A stretch of DNA of 12,026 nucleotides from an archaeon (GTDB lineage: Archaea > EX4484-52 > B79-G9). The notes beneath the pieces are model-generated. The model worked only from the letters and a program-made list of their open reading frames with translations, did not search any database and was not told where the DNA came from. The translations under genes were made by a program, and so were the position numbers. The stretch lies in assembly GCA_043813875.1 (NCBI GenBank), contig JBDRKP010000029.1, positions 1 through 12,026 of the forward strand, given 5' to 3'. Within the stretch, counting starts at the first letter, position 1, and every line of letters starts with the position of its first letter. Below are positions 7,977-12,026 of the stretch, one piece after another.

Positions 7977-7991
7977 GATAATTATATCTGG

Positions 7992-10900
7992 CTAGTCGCG
8001 AAGTATCTTATGGCTTAATAATGACTCGATATATATCTCGGCCATCTTGAACTGACCCTGTTTCAGTTTGGTTTTTGCAAGCCTGATTTCAAGTTCGAAG
8101 TCCATGATGTTCACTTTCCTTGTTTTGAGGTCTTCTATTTTCTTTTCTATTATATCCAGTTTCTCTGCGAAATTCTTGTATATGTTTAATTCTTCTTCTG
8201 TTATCTTGTGCGGCGAGTGCATTGTCGGCCTGAACTGGACGAACCAGGGTTTTCCGTCGTTGTATCTTGGGTTCTGGATCATACCCACGCCTACACCTTG
8301 TCTTGATATCTTTTCTGAATAGATGACACCGTATTTTTCTTTGACTTTCGCTATATCTGACATCGATTTTGTGTTCAGCTGGATTTCTGTCAATATGTTG
8401 CCTTGTATCGCTTCTTTGAAGTCGGAGTATACCTGGGAGCACATTATCAGGCCGATACCCCATTTTCGGAACTCTCTGCATGCTTTTTCGAGTGATATGT
8501 ATCCGCCAGAGCCGCCGTATTTTTCAAGGAGACGGTGGACCTCGTCGAATACGATGATCATCTTCAATGTTGTTGATTCTTCCCATGATACCTGGAATAT
8601 CGTGTCGATTATTGACTGGACGGCTTTATCATATTCGCCGGGTTTGAGCTTGTTTAGTGTGAATACGGTGATTTCGCCGGGGTTCATGTATTTTTTGAAG
8701 TCTATTTTTACGTTGGGGTCGGTCACTTCGAATATCATGCCGGTGAACGGGCGCGCGTCTTCGGGGCGCATGCCGAATTCTTCGTAGTATCTTAAAAGGT
8801 TGTTGTCTTTGCAGGGTCTTACGAAGCCGGTCCATTGTGCAGTAGGGTCAAAGACGACTACGGGGATCTTCTGTTTTAAGGCTTCTTCTACGAATATTGA
8901 TGCGGCGACGCTTTTGCCTGCGCCGGTGGAGCCGGATGTCAGTATGTGGGTTGTCAGGTTGTCCGGGTCGTAGTATGCGGTCCTGTTTGTCTCTGCTATC
9001 TTTCCCAAGGTGTATGCTTTTTGGCCGCGGGGCAGTTTGCTGTAGTCTATCGGGAACACGTATCGCGCTTTTGACATGATCCATTTTCTGTATCTTTGGT
9101 AGCCATAATAGCCAAGAACCGAGAGGATGACCAGTGTGAGGAATAACAAGAGCGCCTGCCCACGGGTTGTTGCCCAGAAGGATTCAACGACTTCGAATGT
9201 GTCTGTGGCTGTGACTTTTTTGGAACTGTAGTCTGCCGAAACGTCTATGAAGTACTGACCTGTCAGTATAGTGTCATCTAATTCTTTCAGGTCTATGGAT
9301 TTTCTTAAATTCGTGCTTTCTTCCAGATGTATTGTCTCTTCGATTGTTTTTAGCACTAAGTCTCTTTTGGCGTCTTTGATGCTGTATTTCAGGGTGACGT
9401 TGAATTCTTTTATCAGCCCCAGATCGTAGAGCATCACATTGAATCTCAGGGTGTCAGTGGGTGTGACTTTTTTTGTCAATATCTCGACAACCATATCAAG
9501 GGATGTAAGGACTTTTTCGCTTTTGTCTGATACTCTTATTATGACAGGAATTATCTGTTCTGAATTGTCTGATTTGATCCTGATGCTGCCAGAGTAGGCA
9601 TCAGGTATTGTTTCTTTTTTTGCATGTATGTTTATCTTTACGGTCCTGTTTGATTGCGCTTCCATTATAAATTCATCCGGTATCAGTTCCATGTAGTCTA
9701 AGATCTCACCTGTCAATCCAAGACTAATGGATATTGACTTGTTGTTGTTGTTCCGTAATATCATTTCATGTGTCTGGTTTTCGCCTGGAGCAATCACTAT
9801 GTTTATGAAATCAAAATCGGTAGTATATTCAAATTCTGCTGAACTGCAATCAAGCGGGCAATTGTCGTTGTTTTCTGTAGGTTCGCAGATACCGTTGCCG
9901 CATGTATGATAGGAACAGTCCAGAGGACAGTTTAGTTCGTTTTCACCAAATTCGCATATATCGTTGCCGCATATTGCCTTTAGAACGGATGTGGAGCCGC
10001 TGCTGCTGCCAGATGTGGTGGCTGTGCCGCCTGAATCGCCGGGCGGAGAGGAACCGCAGATGTTGCCGCCACACCATTTTGCGAGGGCGTAGGCGCTGTT
10101 ATGGGTCGTGGTGAATGTGAATCGGTCATTATCTAAGTCGTTCGGCTTGAGAGATGAGTTGAATTCAGTAAATTCGCTTGCACATACCAAGGAGGTAAAG
10201 TTCCAGTTAGTGCAATAATATAGCCTGATATAGTTTTCGTCAGTAGATCCCCATGATCCCAGGGCATTTGTATAGTCTAGCTCGATGGTGGCGTTGTCAT
10301 AACTCATGTTCGGAGTCTCTAGTACGAATGCCATCAGAATATCTGTTGCTGTATTGGGCAAATATATGTTGCTTGCGTGTGTCTCGGGGCTGCTGTTGGC
10401 TATGAGGTGAATCCTGATTGGGCCTGCCAGTGATGCCGGGTCGGGCTGGCCGGTCTTGTTAATCGCAGATCTTGTGACGTTGAAGTTGTTGAAGCGAATC
10501 GTCTGACCTAATGCGGCCATCTTTATATCGTAAGTGCGCCTGTGGACGGTCCAGTTGTAATAACCCGCTGCATCTGTGCTGAACCGATGGAACATCCAGT
10601 CTGTGCCCTGCTTGTATAGCTCAAAGTCTGCTGTGATGACGTTATTTGATGCATCTTTTAATGTGTCTGTAAATACGATATTACGATAAACGTCGAACCA
10701 TACTGTTTTTTCGGTTGTATGATTTGTGATGCTGTCGTTTGCGTAGATTGTAATCCTGTAATCGCCGGGAAGGTTCGGATTTGAATATGTGCTGTTCCAG
10801 AGATCGCTTACTGGCGTCTTGCGGGAGAGGGTTATGTTTGCGCTAGTGCCGAGCGGGTCGGTGATAATGACCCAGACGTTCTTGACATCGACATTGTCGG

Positions 10901-12026
10901 TGGCGTTTATCTCTAAGATGATTGTGCTAAAATTGTCATCAAATAGCAGGTTTGCCTCGTTTTCGGGTTTCAACGCAATCGAATTAATCCATACCTGATT
11001 TATGGACGGACCGGTGATGTCCCGGTATATCACAAGATTATCTCCTGTTGCCGTGTATGATATCTCGAATCCCTCCGGTGTCCTGTAAGCAACGGTTATA
11101 CCTACGGTGTTGTTTTGTACGTTATTGGGTATCTCGGGAGCTGTGCAGTTTATAAACCACGTGTCTGTTGATGGATTGAAAACGGTATCATCAATTGTGC
11201 AGTTCTGCCCTGAGATCTTTATGCCAAATGTCGTATTCACGGTATCGTTGAGAGGGTTTCCGTCGTAGGTCACATTCAATGTGAAGTTCAGCATATCTCC
11301 TGCAATGATATCTGTCGATGGATATGACGTGTTAGGGGATATTATCTCGACGTTCAATGCGCTGATCGTAAATGTTATGGTCCTGTTTATCCATTGCGGG
11401 ACAGCGTTGCTGTCCAGATTCTGTATCGTGATGTTGTATATGTAGGTACCTTTGTTGCCTAACGTTGCATTTGATATGTTATAGGCAATATCGATGTTTC
11501 CAAATGATAATAGAGCGGGAAGCGTGAAACTTGATTCTGTTGAGCTGAGTTGGTATACTGTTGAATTATAGATGTATGTGAAATTCAGGAAATATGTGCC
11601 GTTGAAATTGATGATGCTTATGTTTATGGCCATGCTCTGATTCTTAAGGTTGGTTATGTTGATTAGGTCGTCAAAGGAGCCGATGCTATCCTTTCCGCCA
11701 AGTCCAACGGTTTTTGATATCTCTTCAGAGGGTGTCAACTGCCAGTCCTGGTCTATGACTGTGATGTTTATTTTTATTTTGTCCGTACAATGCTCATAAC
11801 TGTATATGCAGGCTGAACCGGTGTTGTTTGCTACAATGTATGTCCAATAGCTTCTGCCAAGAAGACTTGCGTTACGAGGCACGGCCACGGTTACTACAAT
11901 TGTCTTGTTACCATAGCGAGCTATGTCAAAGGATTCGTTTGAGTAGGTTATTGTCCAGTTCTTTAGCAACTGATAATCTCCGCCATCGAGATTGAACCGG
12001 ATGTCTTTGAGCATGGTGTTGCCGTA
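7992..12026 (-). CDS. Giant surface glycoprotein fused via a single TM helix to a C-terminal HerA/FtsK/VirB4-superfamily (DUF87-like) P-loop ATPase; 5'-truncated by the window edge
   Basis: The frame stays open beyond ATG 12014 to the edge (TAC GGC AAC ACC ATG) and there is no signal peptide at that Met, so the protein is at least 1344 aa. About 950 aa of sequon-rich beta-sandwich sequence precede the TM ALLLFLTLVILSVLGYYGY (9099-9155), followed by QRYRKW. Walker A GSTGAGKS, Walker B IIVFDEVH and REFRKWGIGLIMCSQ are present. Confidence 0.93.
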   Translation of the reverse strand, partial: YGNTMLKDIRFNLDGGDYQLLKNWTITYSNESFDIARYGNKTIVVTVAVPRNASLLGRSYWTYIVANNTGSACIYSYEHCTDKIKINITVIDQDWQLTPSEEISKTVGLGGKDSIGSFDDLINITNLKNQSMAINISIINFNGTYFLNFTYIYNSTVYQLSSTESSFTLPALLSFGNIDIAYNISNATLGNKGTYIYNITIQNLDSNAVPQWINRTITFTISALNVEIISPNTSYPSTDIIAGDMLNFTLNVTYDGNPLNDTVNTTFGIKISGQNCTIDDTVFNPSTDTWFINCTAPEIPNNVQNNTVGITVAYRTPEGFEISYTATGDNLVIYRDITGPSINQVWINSIALKPENEANLLFDDNFSTIILEINATDNVDVKNVWVIITDPLGTSANITLSRKTPVSDLWNSTYSNPNLPGDYRITIYANDSITNHTTEKTVWFDVYRNIVFTDTLKDASNNVITADFELYKQGTDWMFHRFSTDAAGYYNWTVHRRTYDIKMAALGQTIRFNNFNVTRSAINKTGQPDPASLAGPIRIHLIANSSPETHASNIYLPNTATDILMAFVLETPNMSYDNATIELDYTNALGSWGSTDENYIRLYYCTNWNFTSLVCASEFTEFNSSLKPNDLDNDRFTFTTTHNSAYALAKWCGGNICGSSPPGDSGGTATTSGSSSGSTSVLKAICGNDICEFGENELNCPLDCSYHTCGNGICEPTENNDNCPLDCSSAEFEYTTDFDFINIVIAPGENQTHEMILRNNNNKSISISLGLTGEILDYMELIPDEFIMEAQSNRTVKINIHAKKETIPDAYSGSIRIKSDNSEQIIPVIIRVSDKSEKVLTSLDMVVEILTKKVTPTDTLRFNVMLYDLGLIKEFNVTLKYSIKDAKRDLVLKTIEETIHLEESTNLRKSIDLKELDDTILTGQYFIDVSADYSSKKVTATDTFEVVESFWATTRGQALLLFLTLVILSVLGYYGYQRYRKWIMSKARYVFPIDYSKLPRGQKAYTLGKIAETNRTAYYDPDNLTTHILTSGSTGAGKSVAASIFVEEALKQKIPVVVFDPTAQWTGFVRPCKDNNLLRYYEEFGMRPEDARPFTGMIFEVTDPNVKIDFKKYMNPGEITVFTLNKLKPGEYDKAVQSIIDTIFQVSWEESTTLKMIIVFDEVHRLLEKYGGSGGYISLEKACREFRKWGIGLIMCSQVYSDFKEAIQGNILTEIQLNTKSMSDIAKVKEKYGVIYSEKISRQGVGVGMIQNPRYNDGKPWFVQFRPTMHSPHKITEEELNIYKNFAEKLDIIEKKIEDLKTRKVNIMDFELEIRLAKTKLKQGQFKMAEIYIESLLSHKILRD
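7995..9098 (-). other. Cytoplasmic HerA-like ATPase domain (368 aa after the TM helix)
   Basis: THILTSGSTGAGKS (Walker A 8910-8933), VVVFDPTAQW (HerA/VirB4-type hhhhDP strand), IIVFDEVH (8535-8558), RKWG arginine motif (8457-8468) and SQ sensor (8433-8438). Confidence 0.9.
9846..9971 (-). repeat. Two tandem Cys-rich repeats CGNxxCExxENxxNCPLDC
   Basis: CGNDICEFGENELNCPLDC (9915-9971) and CGNGICEPTENNDNCPLDC (9846-9902) with a 23-aa period, following a Gly/Ser/Thr linker. Confidence 0.9.

Noticed and set aside
7995..9098. Calling the ATPase herA, virB4, traD or ftsK
   Set aside because: The superfamily is clear but orthology is not. There is no HAS-barrel, no nurA/mre11/rad50 or conjugation genes nearby and no FtsK gamma domain, so no gene symbol was given.
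8068..10998. Short alternative-frame and antisense ORFs inside the ATPase-fusion gene
   Set aside because: They are entirely nested in a well-supported CDS, and their Arg-rich or Ser/Phe-rich translations have no motifs.
12012..12014. ATG 12014 as the true start of the large gene
   Set aside because: The frame is open to the window edge, the Met lies inside a GNxxLxxI Ig-type motif, and no signal peptide follows it.

Overview
Archaeal-looking window (TATA-type promoters, an AGGTG ribosome-binding site, very high N-x-S/T sequon density). A DPANN-type origin such as Aenigmarchaeota or Woesearchaeota is inferred, not proven. It holds five co-oriented minus-strand genes, none with a recognisable name. 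In transcription order: (1) the 3' part of a very large surface protein, open past the right edge, with Ig-like domains, a PGF-pre-PGF-like domain, Cys-rich repeats and one TM helix fused to a compact cytoplasmic HerA/FtsK/VirB4-superfamily P-loop ATPase with intact motifs; (2) an ~856-aa internally duplicated coiled-coil protein; (3) a 1067-aa signal-peptide and C-terminally anchored multi-Ig surface glycoprotein; (4) an overlapping 375-aa polytopic membrane protein; (5) a secreted, extremely sequon-rich protein missing from the ORF track that runs off the left edge. The best candidate for an undescribed system is a cell-envelope machine in which a ring ATPase is covalently wired to a giant ectodomain and works with a coiled-coil scaffold, a second adhesin and a membrane protein (contact, secretion or DNA-transfer apparatus). 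No rRNA, tRNA, CRISPR or transposase was seen.
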